DNA from: Solirubrobacteraceae bacterium
Lineage (GTDB): Bacteria > Actinomycetota > Thermoleophilia > Solirubrobacterales > Solirubrobacteraceae
Length of the DNA stretch: 60,754 nucleotides
Direction: 5' to 3'
NCBI GenBank assembly: GCA_050696795.1
Contig: JBOGYJ010000081.1
Location: forward strand, 1-60,754
Below, piece after piece: positions 28,098-37,199 of the stretch; position 1 is the first letter of the stretch; each line of letters starts with the position of its first letter. The translations under genes were made by a program, and so were the position numbers. Under the pieces are notes generated by a model. The model did not search any database. It was given only the letters and a program-made list of their open reading frames with translations, and was not told the DNA's origin.

Positions 28098-29006
28098 ATG
28101 GAGGTTTTCCGCGTATCTGACCCCGTACTCCAGGGCGTCTTCTGGGAGCGACTGTTCATCTGGAAGCGCCAGGGCAAGCTGGCCGTGCTGGACTGGGGTG
28201 GCTTCCAGTCGCGCCACGACGCGATGGTGCGGCTGCTCGAGCTCACCGATGACATCTACGGCCTGCCCGAGCTCGGGCCGCTGACCATCAGCACCAGCGA
28301 CCGTCCCTGCAGCACCGACCGCGGCTGCATCAGCTTGGGCTTCTCCGCGGCCGATGGCTATGAGGATGTGGCGATCCCCGACTTCGTCTTCGACAGCTGG
28401 CCCGAGACCGGCATCGCCGACTATGCCGAGACCACCTGGGAGGTGGCCGACGCCGGCGCGGCAGCCCCGCAGCAGGCCAGATGTGGCTGGATCGGAGACC
28501 CGATCCAGCAGGAGCGTCGCCACCAGTTGCTCGAGATCGCAGCGGCACGCCCGGATCTGATCGAGCTAGATGACGGCAGCCAGCTCACGCTCCCGCAGCA
28601 GACCGGCCGCTGGAGCTCCCTGATCGACGTCGAAGGTGACGGCTACAGCGGCCGCCTGAAGCTGCTGCTGCACTCCGGGCGACCGGTCCTCATCCATGAT
28701 CGTCCGTGGCACGAGTGGTACTGGGGAGAGCTCGAGCCGATGCAGAATTACATCCCGGTCAAGCGCGACCTGTCCGACCTGGTCGAGCGGCTCGAGTGGA
28801 CACGTGACAACCCGGCTGCCGCGCAGGCGATTGGCCGCGCCGGCCAGGCCCTGGCGCTGGAGAAGCTCACGCGCGACGCCGCGGTCCTGCAGCTCGCGCG
28901 GACGCTCGAGCGCCTGGCCGGCGAAAACAGCGAGGCCGGCTACGTCGCCGCGGATCTGCGGGGACCGCTCGAACCCGTGCTCGAGCGCCTCGGCGCCTTC
29001 GCCTGA
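28098..29006 (+). CDS. Glycosyltransferase family 90 (CAP10-like) protein
   Basis: IPDFVF..WPE, IDVEGDGYSGRLKLLL, EWYW..LEP..NYIPV..DLSDL, AQAIG..G. Confidence 0.78.
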   Translation: MEVFRVSDPVLQGVFWERLFIWKRQGKLAVLDWGGFQSRHDAMVRLLELTDDIYGLPELGPLTISTSDRPCSTDRGCISLGFSAADGYEDVAIPDFVFDSWPETGIADYAETTWEVADAGAAAPQQARCGWIGDPIQQERRHQLLEIAAARPDLIELDDGSQLTLPQQTGRWSSLIDVEGDGYSGRLKLLLHSGRPVLIHDRPWHEWYWGELEPMQNYIPVKRDLSDLVERLEWTRDNPAAAQAIGRAGQALALEKLTRDAAVLQLARTLERLAGENSEAGYVAADLRGPLEPVLERLGAFA

Positions 29007-29183
29007 ACCCACGAGACCATCGGGTTCGTGCGATTCGCCGTCGACATCACGCTGCTCCATTGGCGACCTGCGAGAAGAGCCCGAACGCTGATTGGGAGCT
29101 GAGCAACGTCACGGTGGCACCGCGGGCCGCGGCCTGTGGCGCGCTGGGAGCTACCGACTGAGTCGGTCCACCACCGGGCGAGC

Positions 29184-29816
29184 TCAGGCCAGCAGGCCGA
29201 GCCGCTGGGCCCGCTGCACCGCCTCGGTGCGGTTGCGGACCTCGAGCTTGCGGTAGAGCGAGCTGGTGTGCTCCTTGATCGTGTGTGGGCTGAGGTGCAG
29301 CGCCGTCGCGATCTCGGGGTTGGTCGAGCCCGCCGCCATCAGGTGCAGCACCTCGCGCTCACGCTCGGACAGGCCCAAGACCCCGGAGCGGTCCTGGCGC
29401 TCGAACACGGTCCCACCGAGCCCGACCAGCCGCACCGCGCCGGCGATCTTGGCCGCCGGCCAGTCCTTGTAGGCAAAGCCGGAGGCGCCGGCCGCGCGCG
29501 CCGCGCTGGCCGAGATCTCCCCCGCGCCCGAGAACAGCAGCACGCGCGTCGAGGGCTCGGCCTCGCGCAGGCGCTCGCAGACCTGCGCGCCCGACTCCTC
29601 GCCGATGAACAGGTCGACCACGGACACGTGCGGGCGGTAGCGGCGCGCGAGCTCGACGGCGTCATCGCCGTTCGAGGCGGTGACGCAGCGCTCGACCCAG
29701 GGCTGCCGGGTCAGCATCAGCCGGAAGCCCCAGTGCACAACGTCGTGATCGTCGACCACCAGCACGCGCAGGCGCTGGGCGCTGCGGGTGACCGCACTCG
29801 CCGAGGACTCAGCCAT
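29184..29816 (-). CDS. NarL/LuxR-family response regulator
   Basis: VLVVDDH, VVDL, LSEREREVL..MAAG.TN.EIA..LHLS.HTIK.H. Confidence 0.92.
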   Translation of the reverse strand: MAESSASAVTRSAQRLRVLVVDDHDVVHWGFRLMLTRQPWVERCVTASNGDDAVELARRYRPHVSVVDLFIGEESGAQVCERLREAEPSTRVLLFSGAGEISASAARAAGASGFAYKDWPAAKIAGAVRLVGLGGTVFERQDRSGVLGLSEREREVLHLMAAGSTNPEIATALHLSPHTIKEHTSSLYRKLEVRNRTEAVQRAQRLGLLA

Positions 29817-30960
29817 CGTGAGGCACCACCAGACGCACCTGCCAGCTGCCGTCTGGCAGCGGGCCGAACTCGACGATGCCACCGCTCTGCAGCGCCTCGA
29901 AGGCGGCCAGCCGCAAACCCATGCCGGGCTGGTGGGCGCGGCCCGGGGGGACGCCGTCGTTGGTCACCTCGAGCACGAAGGCCCCGTCGACGCGCGCTGT
30001 GCGCACCCGCACCTGGGTCGGCTCGGCGTGCTTGCGCACGTTGCGCAGCGCCTCGGCGAGGATGCTCTGGGCCAGCGGCTCGAGCTCGTCGGGAACGTTC
30101 GCGACCGTGTCGTCGTCGAAGCGCAGGTTGAAGTCCGCGTTGACCTTGGCCACCCGGGCCAGCTCCGCCGCGAACGTCGTCTGGGTGGCGCGCGAACGGC
30201 GCCCCAGCGGCCGCTGGATCGCGTCCCGCAACTCGCCGAGCGCGGCCTGGATCTCGCTGGCGCAGCGGACGCGCACCTCCGCGGGCAGGTCGCCGGCGCC
30301 GTCGAGCACCATCGAGATCCCGAACAGCCGCTGGATCACGCCCTCGTGCACCTCGCGCGCCAGATCGATGCGCTGCCGCAGCTGCCGCGCCGTCTCGGTC
30401 TGGGTGGCGACGTTACGCGCGACCGAGGCCAGCGCCGCAGCCTTGCCGAGCGTCCACAGCAGGTGGCGCTCGGAGGCCTCGAGCGGCGGCGCGTCGATGC
30501 CGCGCTCGGCCAGGATCACGCCGACGGCGCGCCCGGCCGCCACCATCGGCCCGCAGACCATGCGCGCCGGCTCGGGCACGAAGCGCGTGTACTCGACCGG
30601 CAGCTGCTCGCGCACGTCACCGCTGGTCTCGACGACCCGGTCCTCGCGGATCGCCTGGGCGGCGAACGGCGCCGTATCGACCGACAGCTGGAATTCGGTG
30701 AAGGGCTCGACATCGAGCCCATACGCGCCGGCCGCACGCACCTGGCGGCTGGCGGGGTCATAGCGGAAGATGATCGCACGGCGCAGGTGCGCCAGCCGGC
30801 AGATGGCGCTGCACAGGCGGTCGTAGAAATCGTCCCCGATCGCGGCCTCGTGCTCGGACTGCGAGAGCACCTCGGCGAACAGCTCGAGCGCCTCGACCGG
30901 GACGGCGCCGCCGCCGTTCTCGAAGCGACGCAGCTCGTCGGTCTGTACGGGTCCAGGCAT
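29809..30960 (-). CDS. Cytoplasmic GAF-domain histidine kinase (HisKA_3 type)
   Basis: GAF-like N-terminus, LAREVHEGVIQRL, EALRNVRKHA, GMGL; no TM segment. Confidence 0.85.
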   Translation of the reverse strand: MPGPVQTDELRRFENGGGAVPVEALELFAEVLSQSEHEAAIGDDFYDRLCSAICRLAHLRRAIIFRYDPASRQVRAAGAYGLDVEPFTEFQLSVDTAPFAAQAIREDRVVETSGDVREQLPVEYTRFVPEPARMVCGPMVAAGRAVGVILAERGIDAPPLEASERHLLWTLGKAAALASVARNVATQTETARQLRQRIDLAREVHEGVIQRLFGISMVLDGAGDLPAEVRVRCASEIQAALGELRDAIQRPLGRRSRATQTTFAAELARVAKVNADFNLRFDDDTVANVPDELEPLAQSILAEALRNVRKHAEPTQVRVRTARVDGAFVLEVTNDGVPPGRAHQPGMGLRLAAFEALQSGGIVEFGPLPDGSWQVRLVVPHDG

Positions 30961-30997
30961 CAGGTCACCCTAGCGCCCGCTGACCCCGTGGGGATAG

Positions 30998-31022
30998 GCC
31001 CTCGAAGCAGCGGCGAGGGGGC
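30998..31022 (-). repeat. 25-bp dispersed hairpin repeat, copy 1
   Basis: 23/25 identical to the reverse complement of 36437-36461. Confidence 0.7.
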
Positions 31023-31026
31023 CGCC

Positions 31027-32151
31027 CTAACCCGTCGGTGCCTCGGCGCGCGCGATCGGGCGCTTGCCCCAGCGGCTGCGGGTGGCGAAGTCGAGCAGCT
31101 GGTGCAGGTACTCGCGCAGCGGCGTGCAGTGGATGCCGGCCTGCGCCAGCCGCGCCCGCGTGCGGGCGTTGTCGAACACGGTCGCGATCGCGAAGTAGGG
31201 GAAGTAGATGCGGCTGGCCTCGATCGCCGCGGGCGAGAGCGCGCTGATCCCGGCGGCGAACTCGGCGGGCGGCACGGTCTGCGGCTCGGGCTTGCGGAAA
31301 TAGCGCGCGGCCAGCGACACGATCTCGGCGAAGGTCGAGGCGTCCTCGCTGGCGGTCAGGTGGAAGGTCTTGTGGGCGGAATCCAGCGGGCACTCGGCCA
31401 GCTCGTAGATCGCGTCGGCCACGTAGTCGATCGAGACGACGTCGAGCGGCGACTCGGGCATCGCCGGCACGGCGCGGAAGAGGCCCGTGGAGAGCGCGCG
31501 CAGCGGCCAGTACATGACGTTGAAGGCCGCCGTCCAGCCGCTCGAGCGGTCACCGACGACGATGCTCGGACGCAGCACGATCCAGGGCAGGTGATCGGCC
31601 TCGGCGCGGATCATCTTCTCGGACTCGAACTTCGACTGCTCGTAGGTGTTACGGAAGCCCTGGCCGACGTCGAGGTCGTCCTCGGTGAAGCGACCGGTGT
31701 GGGTGCCCGCGACATACGCCGTCGAGACCTGGGCGTAGCGGTCGAGGCCGCCGTGATGCTGGACGAGCGTGGCGAACTCGAGCATGCGGCGGGTACCGCC
31801 GACGTTGACTGTGCGGGCGCTCTCGAGCGTCTGATCGAAGGACACGTTGGCCGCGCAATGGACGATCGTCGTGACCTCGCCGGCCAGGCGCTCGCGCAGC
31901 TTCGTGCTCAGCCCGAGGTGCTCTGCGGTCATCTCGCCGGCGACGGCCTCGACGCGGTGGGCGAAGAGCTCGGCGCCGTTGGCGATCAGCTGGTCGAGGA
32001 TCTTGTCGAGCCGGGCGCGCGCGGCCGCGTCGGACTCGGCACGCACCAGGCAGGTCACGGCGCGGCTGCCGCGCTCGAGATAGCGCACCAGCACCTCCAT
32101 CCCGACGAATCCGGTGGCGCCGGTCAGAAAGACACGCCCGGGGCTGCTCAC
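31027..32151 (-). CDS. Fatty acyl-CoA reductase / thioester reductase-like extended SDR
   Basis: FLTGATGFVG, VHCAANVSF, VSTAYVAG, YEQSK, RPSIVVG; GTG start overlaps upstream TGA. Confidence 0.85.
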   Translation of the reverse strand: MSSPGRVFLTGATGFVGMEVLVRYLERGSRAVTCLVRAESDAAARARLDKILDQLIANGAELFAHRVEAVAGEMTAEHLGLSTKLRERLAGEVTTIVHCAANVSFDQTLESARTVNVGGTRRMLEFATLVQHHGGLDRYAQVSTAYVAGTHTGRFTEDDLDVGQGFRNTYEQSKFESEKMIRAEADHLPWIVLRPSIVVGDRSSGWTAAFNVMYWPLRALSTGLFRAVPAMPESPLDVVSIDYVADAIYELAECPLDSAHKTFHLTASEDASTFAEIVSLAARYFRKPEPQTVPPAEFAAGISALSPAAIEASRIYFPYFAIATVFDNARTRARLAQAGIHCTPLREYLHQLLDFATRSRWGKRPIARAEAPTG

Positions 32152-33569
32152 CGCCGTGCCCTGTCCAGCGAGCGCAGCGCCCATGCGACGCGCTGGCGCG
32201 TCTGCTCGGGGGCGATCAGCTCGTCGATGTGACCGGTCGCGGCGGCTACCTGCGGGCGCAGGTGCATCTCGGCGTAGCGCTCGGCCAGTTCCTCCCGCAC
32301 GCTCTCGGGATCCTCGGCGGCGGCTAGCTCGCGGCGATGGATGATGCCGACGGCCGGCTTCGCGCCCATCACGCCGATCTCGGCCTGCGGCCACGCGAAC
32401 ACGTAGTCCGCGCCAAGATCCTTGGAGTTCATCGTAATGAAGGCGCCGCCGAAGGCCTTGCGCAAAATCACCGTCACCCTAGGAACAGTTGCCTTGGCGA
32501 AGGCATTCACAAACGTCGCGCCGAGGCGGATCACGCCTCCCTGCTCCTGGCTCGAGCCCGGCATGAAGCCCGGGGTGTCGACCAGCACCAGCATTGGCAC
32601 GCCGAAGCTGTTGCATTGGTTGACGAAGCGCGCGCCCTTCTCGGAGCTATGCGTGTCGAGCACGCCACCCAGGTAGCGCGGCTGGTTGGCGATCACACCG
32701 ACCGAGCGGCCGTCGATCCGGATGAAGGCGGTGACGAGGTTGCGCGCCCAGTTCGGGGCGACCTCGAGCAGATCGCCGCCGTCGGCGACCCCGGCGATCA
32801 CCGAGCGCACGTCGTAGACCTGGCGGGGGTTCTCAGGTACGTGCACCGACGGGTCGAGCGCGCCGGCGGGGCGCGGATCGACGATCGGCAGCTCGAGCTC
32901 GCGATGGCTCGGCAGGTAGCCGAGCAGGTCGCGTGCCAGCAGCGCGGCATCGGCATCGGACGGGGCGACGAAGTGCGCGACGCCGTTGCGCTCGTGCACC
33001 TTGTGGCCGCCGAGCTGCGCCGCGGTGACGTCCTCGCCCATCGCATCCTTCACGACGGCGGGGCCGGTCAGGAACATGCTCGAATCCTTGGTCATCACGA
33101 TCCAGTCGGTCAGCGCCGGCGAGTACGCGCCGCCGCCGGCCGAGAGGCCGCTGATGATCGAGATCTGCGGGACCTTGCCCGACAGCGCCACCGTCTGGCG
33201 GAAGATGCGTCCGTAGCCGCCGAGCGCGCGGACGCCCTCCTGCATGCGCGCGCCACCGGAGCCGACGAAGCCGACGACGGGAGCGCGGGCGCGGTCGGCG
33301 AGCTCCATCACGCGCACGATCGTGTTGGCGTGCATCTCACCGAGCGAGCCGCCGACGTAGGTGTTGTCCTGCGCGTAGCAGAAGACGGGGCGGCCGTCGA
33401 CGAGCCCGGAGCCGCCGACCACACCGTCGCCGGCGCGGGCCTTGAGACCCATGTGGCCAGAGACGACCTCGGTGCGGATCACGTCGAGCGAGCCTGGATC
33501 GCAGAGCGCGTCGAGGCGCTCGATCGGCGTCCGGGTTTCCAGGTCGCTGTTCGAAAGCACTGCGCTCAT
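32148..33569 (-). CDS. Acyl-CoA carboxylase carboxyltransferase subunit (AccD/PccB-like)
   Basis: GDGVVGG, GGSLGE, SGGARMQEG, AGGGAYSPAL, VDTPGF, KAFGGA. Confidence 0.92.
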   Translation of the reverse strand: MSAVLSNSDLETRTPIERLDALCDPGSLDVIRTEVVSGHMGLKARAGDGVVGGSGLVDGRPVFCYAQDNTYVGGSLGEMHANTIVRVMELADRARAPVVGFVGSGGARMQEGVRALGGYGRIFRQTVALSGKVPQISIISGLSAGGGAYSPALTDWIVMTKDSSMFLTGPAVVKDAMGEDVTAAQLGGHKVHERNGVAHFVAPSDADAALLARDLLGYLPSHRELELPIVDPRPAGALDPSVHVPENPRQVYDVRSVIAGVADGGDLLEVAPNWARNLVTAFIRIDGRSVGVIANQPRYLGGVLDTHSSEKGARFVNQCNSFGVPMLVLVDTPGFMPGSSQEQGGVIRLGATFVNAFAKATVPRVTVILRKAFGGAFITMNSKDLGADYVFAWPQAEIGVMGAKPAVGIIHRRELAAAEDPESVREELAERYAEMHLRPQVAAATGHIDELIAPEQTRQRVAWALRSLDRARR

Positions 33570-34570
33570 GCTGCCACTCCCCATTCCAGAACGGTCGCGC
33601 CCCAGATGAAGCCGGCGCCAAATGCAGCGAGCAGGACCAGGTCGCCCCGCCGCAAGCGTCCGCTTCGGACGCTGTGGTCGAGGGCGAGCGGAAGCGTCGC
33701 CGCCGATGTGTTGCCAAGGTCGGACATGCAATCGACGACGCGCTCGGACCGCAGGCCCAGCCGCTCGCCGACCGCGGTCAGGATCCGTGCGTTGGCCTGG
33801 TGGTAGACGAAGAGGTCGACGTCGTCGAGCTCGAGGCCGGCCGCGGCCGTCGCCTCGGCGGTGGTCTCGGAGAGCCGCGCCACCGCGATCTTGAAGGTCT
33901 CGTGACCGGCCATGCGGATCGTCTGATCCTCGCGGCCGACGTAGATGATGCCCTCGTTGTCGCCCTCGCTGCCGAGCAGGATCGGGCCGATCCGGTTCTC
34001 ACCGGTGGCGAGCAACACCACGGCGCCGGCGCCGTCGGCGAACACCGCCGATGTCCCGCGATCGGCGGGGTCGACGACGCGGGTCATGAAGTCGGCGCCG
34101 ACAACGACCACGCACTCGGCGCGACCCGCGTCGATCATCGATGCGCCCGTCTGGAGCGCCGCCAGGAAGCCGGAGCAGGCAGCGCCGATGTCGAAACCGC
34201 CGGCGCGAGTGGCGCCGAGCGCCTTTGCGACCAGAGGCCCCGAGTTGGGCATGATCTCGTCGGGGGTGCTGGTCGCGACCAGCACCATGTCCACCTCGGT
34301 GGCGTCGATGCCGGCCTGCTCGAGGGCCGCTGCCGCGGCTGCGGTCGCGTGCGTCTCGAGGCGCTCGTGGGGCGCTGCCACGTGGCGCTGCCGGATGCCG
34401 GTGCGGCGCTCGATCCAGTCGGCGGCGAGACCCAGGCGCGCCTCGATCTCCGAGGACTCCACGATCGCCTGCGGGAGGCTGGCACCGACTGAAGCGACAG
34501 CTGCTCCACCGATACCACGGCTCGTTCGGATTCGACCAGGCAGAGTCGTCGGCCTCGTAGTCACACTCAC
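33566..34570 (-). CDS. fabH: 3-oxoacyl-ACP synthase III
   Basis: WIERRTGI, AACSG (Cys), FADGAGA, HQAN (His), GNTSAA (Asn), AFGAG; GTG start assumed. Confidence 0.9.
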   Translation of the reverse strand: MSVTTRPTTLPGRIRTSRGIGGAAVASVGASLPQAIVESSEIEARLGLAADWIERRTGIRQRHVAAPHERLETHATAAAAAALEQAGIDATEVDMVLVATSTPDEIMPNSGPLVAKALGATRAGGFDIGAACSGFLAALQTGASMIDAGRAECVVVVGADFMTRVVDPADRGTSAVFADGAGAVVLLATGENRIGPILLGSEGDNEGIIYVGREDQTIRMAGHETFKIAVARLSETTAEATAAAGLELDDVDLFVYHQANARILTAVGERLGLRSERVVDCMSDLGNTSAATLPLALDHSVRSGRLRRGDLVLLAAFGAGFIWGATVLEWGVAA

Positions 34571-34743
34571 TGGCCAGGGAGCTTTCCGCGTGTGCGCCGC
34601 AGGTTCCAGCACGGGCTGGAGCGAACCACCCGGCCGGGGGGTGACATGGGCGCCTGCGTCAGATCGCTGACCGTCGATCTCCCCACGATAACTGAGGATG
34701 ACGGCCGGCTCGAGTGCGTGCATGCCCTTTCTACCCTTTGCGT

Positions 34744-35250
34744 ATGCGGCGGTTACAAGTACGCGCGAGCGGCCCGTCCTCGCGGTCGGGTGTACCAGCT
34801 GCAATCGTCACCTGCGGCCTGCTGCTCATGCTGGCCGCGCCCGCTTTGGCGAGCAATCGCCTACCCCGCGGCGTCAAGCGGATCAGCGTCAGGCTGACCT
34901 ATCCGTTGAAGACCGTCTCGGGTTCCCGCAAGCCGGTGCAGCGCACGCTGACCAGGGCCGCGACCCTGAGAGAGGCCATCTCCGCTACCAACGCACTGCC
35001 GAGGGCCAAGCGCCGTGGCGTCTGCCCGATGTTCGTGATTCTCGGGCCTCAGCTGACGGTCGTCTTCCGCAACGCCGGCGGCACGTCGGTGGCCGAGGCG
35101 CAGGTGCAGGTCACCACCGGCTCCCGCGGCTCGAGCGGCTCGAGCGCCTGCTTCCCGATCCATTTCAGCAGCGAGGGCAGGGACGCGTCGTTGCTCGGCA
35201 ACGGCTGGGTGCGGATGATGGGCAGGCTGATCGGCGCGAACATCAGCTGA
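34744..35250 (+). CDS. Hypothetical secreted protein
   Basis: Signal-like segment ending APALA; two Cys in the mature part. Confidence 0.55.
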   Translation: MRRLQVRASGPSSRSGVPAAIVTCGLLLMLAAPALASNRLPRGVKRISVRLTYPLKTVSGSRKPVQRTLTRAATLREAISATNALPRAKRRGVCPMFVILGPQLTVVFRNAGGTSVAEAQVQVTTGSRGSSGSSACFPIHFSSEGRDASLLGNGWVRMMGRLIGANIS

Positions 35251-35360
35251 GAAGCCGAGGCAGGCCCTCTCGAAAGGTCAGTTCACCGTTGCTATTCGGA
35301 ATGGGCGACAACCGAATGGGCGACAGCCCCCACAGGAGCGCGACGGGCGGCCTCAGGCCG

Positions 35361-35810
35361 CTACAACGAGCGCAGCGCGGCCTGTAGGAAGCCGTTCGCG
35401 ACTTCCCGCGCGACCGGGTCGACCGGCAAGAACAGCGGCACGTTCAGGACCGCATCGAGCTCCACCGTGATCTCCGTCTGCGAATCATCGAGCGCCCGCA
35501 ACGCCCAGGCGATCGTCAGCGACTCATGGTCGCCGCGAGCATCGGCCACCCGTGCCAGCGCGATCCGCGTCGGGCGCACACGCTGCACCGCGAGGCGCAG
35601 CGGAAATTCCTTGCGCAGCGGCCCGGCTACGGCGGCGAGCACGGCATCGACCGCAACCGCGACACCCTCGCCGTCGCGCTCGAGCACCTCGACCTTCTTC
35701 GCGCCGTCGGGATACCACTGCGGGTAGCGCTCGACATCGAGCAGATGCTGGTAGCAGCGCTCGATCGGGGTCGCCGCCGCACCCGTGGCGGTGGCTGAGA
35801 GCCTCTTCAT
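35361..35810 (-). CDS. SRPBCC/START-like (polyketide cyclase) family protein
   Basis: CYQHLLDVERYPQWYP..KKVEVLE pattern, ~150 aa. Confidence 0.72.
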   Translation of the reverse strand: MKRLSATATGAAATPIERCYQHLLDVERYPQWYPDGAKKVEVLERDGEGVAVAVDAVLAAVAGPLRKEFPLRLAVQRVRPTRIALARVADARGDHESLTIAWALRALDDSQTEITVELDAVLNVPLFLPVDPVAREVANGFLQAALRSL

Positions 35811-35836
35811 ACCAGCGCGCACATTACCCTGTGCCG

Positions 35837-36430
35837 ATGACCGAAGAGTTGGGCGCCGATCGCCGCGAGATCCGCGAGCTCGTCGAGAACTGGGCGACCT
35901 GGCGCGACGCCCGCAACTGGGAGCGATTCCGGACCGTCTGGCACGAGGATGGCCACATGATGGCCACCTGGTGGCAGGGGCCGGCCGAGGAGTTCATCCG
36001 CGTCAGCCAGGAGGGCTGGGATCGCGGCGTCCGCATTCTCCACTTCCAGGGCGGCTCGACGATCGATGTCAACCAGGACCGCGCGATCGCGCAGACGAAG
36101 ATGACGATCACCCAGCGCGTGAACGTCCACGACGTGATCTGCGACGTCGTCTGCACCGGCCGCTTCTACGACTTCTTCGCCCGCCGCGAGGGCCGCTGGG
36201 GCATGGTCCTGCGCCAGCCGATCTATGAGATCGACCGCCTGACCCCGGTCTCCCCCGTCCCCGTCCCGCCGCTCGATCAGAGCATCCTCGACCGCTTCCC
36301 GGAGGGCTACCGCCACCTCGCCTACGTGCAGACGCTCGTCGGCTACGAGGTCCAGCCCGACATGCCCGGCCTCGCCGGCCCCGAGCTCGAACGCCTGTAC
36401 CGACAGGGCGCTGACTGGCTCGCGGGCTGA
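35837..36430 (+). CDS. SnoaL-like/NTF2-fold protein
   Basis: IRELVENW..WRD...W..F..VWH.DG, GRFYDFF.RR.GRW. Confidence 0.8.
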   Translation: MTEELGADRREIRELVENWATWRDARNWERFRTVWHEDGHMMATWWQGPAEEFIRVSQEGWDRGVRILHFQGGSTIDVNQDRAIAQTKMTITQRVNVHDVICDVVCTGRFYDFFARREGRWGMVLRQPIYEIDRLTPVSPVPVPPLDQSILDRFPEGYRHLAYVQTLVGYEVQPDMPGLAGPELERLYRQGADWLAG

Positions 36431-36436
36431 TCCTTC

Positions 36437-36461
36437 GCCCCCTCGCCGCTGCTCCGGGGGC
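36437..36461 (+). repeat. 25-bp dispersed hairpin repeat, copy 2
   Basis: gccccctcgccgctgctccgggggc, a few nt after a stop codon. Confidence 0.7.
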
Positions 36462-36594
36462 TTGCCCGACGCGCTCGGTGCCCGACTGACGCAGCCGACG
36501 CCTGCCCATCAGCAGCGGGTACCGAGGTTCGCTATGGCAGCAAGCGGGAAGCTAGAAAGGGAGATCTGGTTCTACACGGAAGGGGTGTTCACCC

Positions 36595-37197
36595 GTGCGT
36601 ATCTCACGCAAAACCGGAGCCATGAGTGGCTTGATTCTTGTTGTGCTCGGAGCCTGGGGCGGCTTGGTCCCGCTCATCGGCCCCTACTTCGGGTACGCGT
36701 TCGGGTCCCACGCGACCTGGGACCTGACGATGAACCGCTTCTGGCTTGATGTCCTGCCGGGCGCCACTGTGCTGGTCGGCGGCCTGATGCTGATGTGGTC
36801 GGGTCACCGGCTGAGCGGCACCGTGGCCAGCTGGCTGGCGATGGCCGGAGGCGCCTGGTTCGCCGTCGGCCCGGCGGTGAGCCGGCTCTGGGAGCACGGC
36901 GCCGGCCCGATCGGTGCGCCGCTGTTTGGGCACGTACGCCAGACGTTCGAGCTGATCGGCTACTTCTACGGGCTCGGTGCCGTGGTCATCGGCCTTGCGG
37001 CCTTCGCGCTCGGCCGCATCGTGACGCGACCAGCCCTGGTTGCGGAGCCGGTGGCGGGGCCCGCGATGGCCGCGACGGAGCCGGTGGCCGCCGAGCCCGT
37101 TGCCGCCGAGCCGGTGGCCCGACGGAGGCCGATCACCGGCGACACCGGACAGGAGGCAGCGCCCGCCGAGAGCGAGCGGGTACCGGCTCACCACTAA
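36595..37197 (+). CDS. Hypothetical 4-TM membrane protein with EPVAA repeat tail
   Basis: GTG with GGAAGGGG upstream; hydrophobic helices; 15-bp repeats around 37045-37120. Confidence 0.75.
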   Translation: MRISRKTGAMSGLILVVLGAWGGLVPLIGPYFGYAFGSHATWDLTMNRFWLDVLPGATVLVGGLMLMWSGHRLSGTVASWLAMAGGAWFAVGPAVSRLWEHGAGPIGAPLFGHVRQTFELIGYFYGLGAVVIGLAAFALGRIVTRPALVAEPVAGPAMAATEPVAAEPVAAEPVARRRPITGDTGQEAAPAESERVPAHH

Positions 37198-37199
37198 AG

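Noticed and set aside
29007..29183. Possible gene remnant or tRNA between GT90 and the regulator
   Set aside because: No cloverleaf and no recognisable protein motif.
29788..32232. 814-aa + strand ORF and similar long antisense ORFs (e.g. 23079-24827, 55723-57303)
   Set aside because: Shadow frames of well-supported opposite-strand genes in high-GC DNA; no recognisable motifs.
35299..35325. 12-bp direct repeat gaatgggcgaca
   Set aside because: Only two copies between convergent genes; no functional context.
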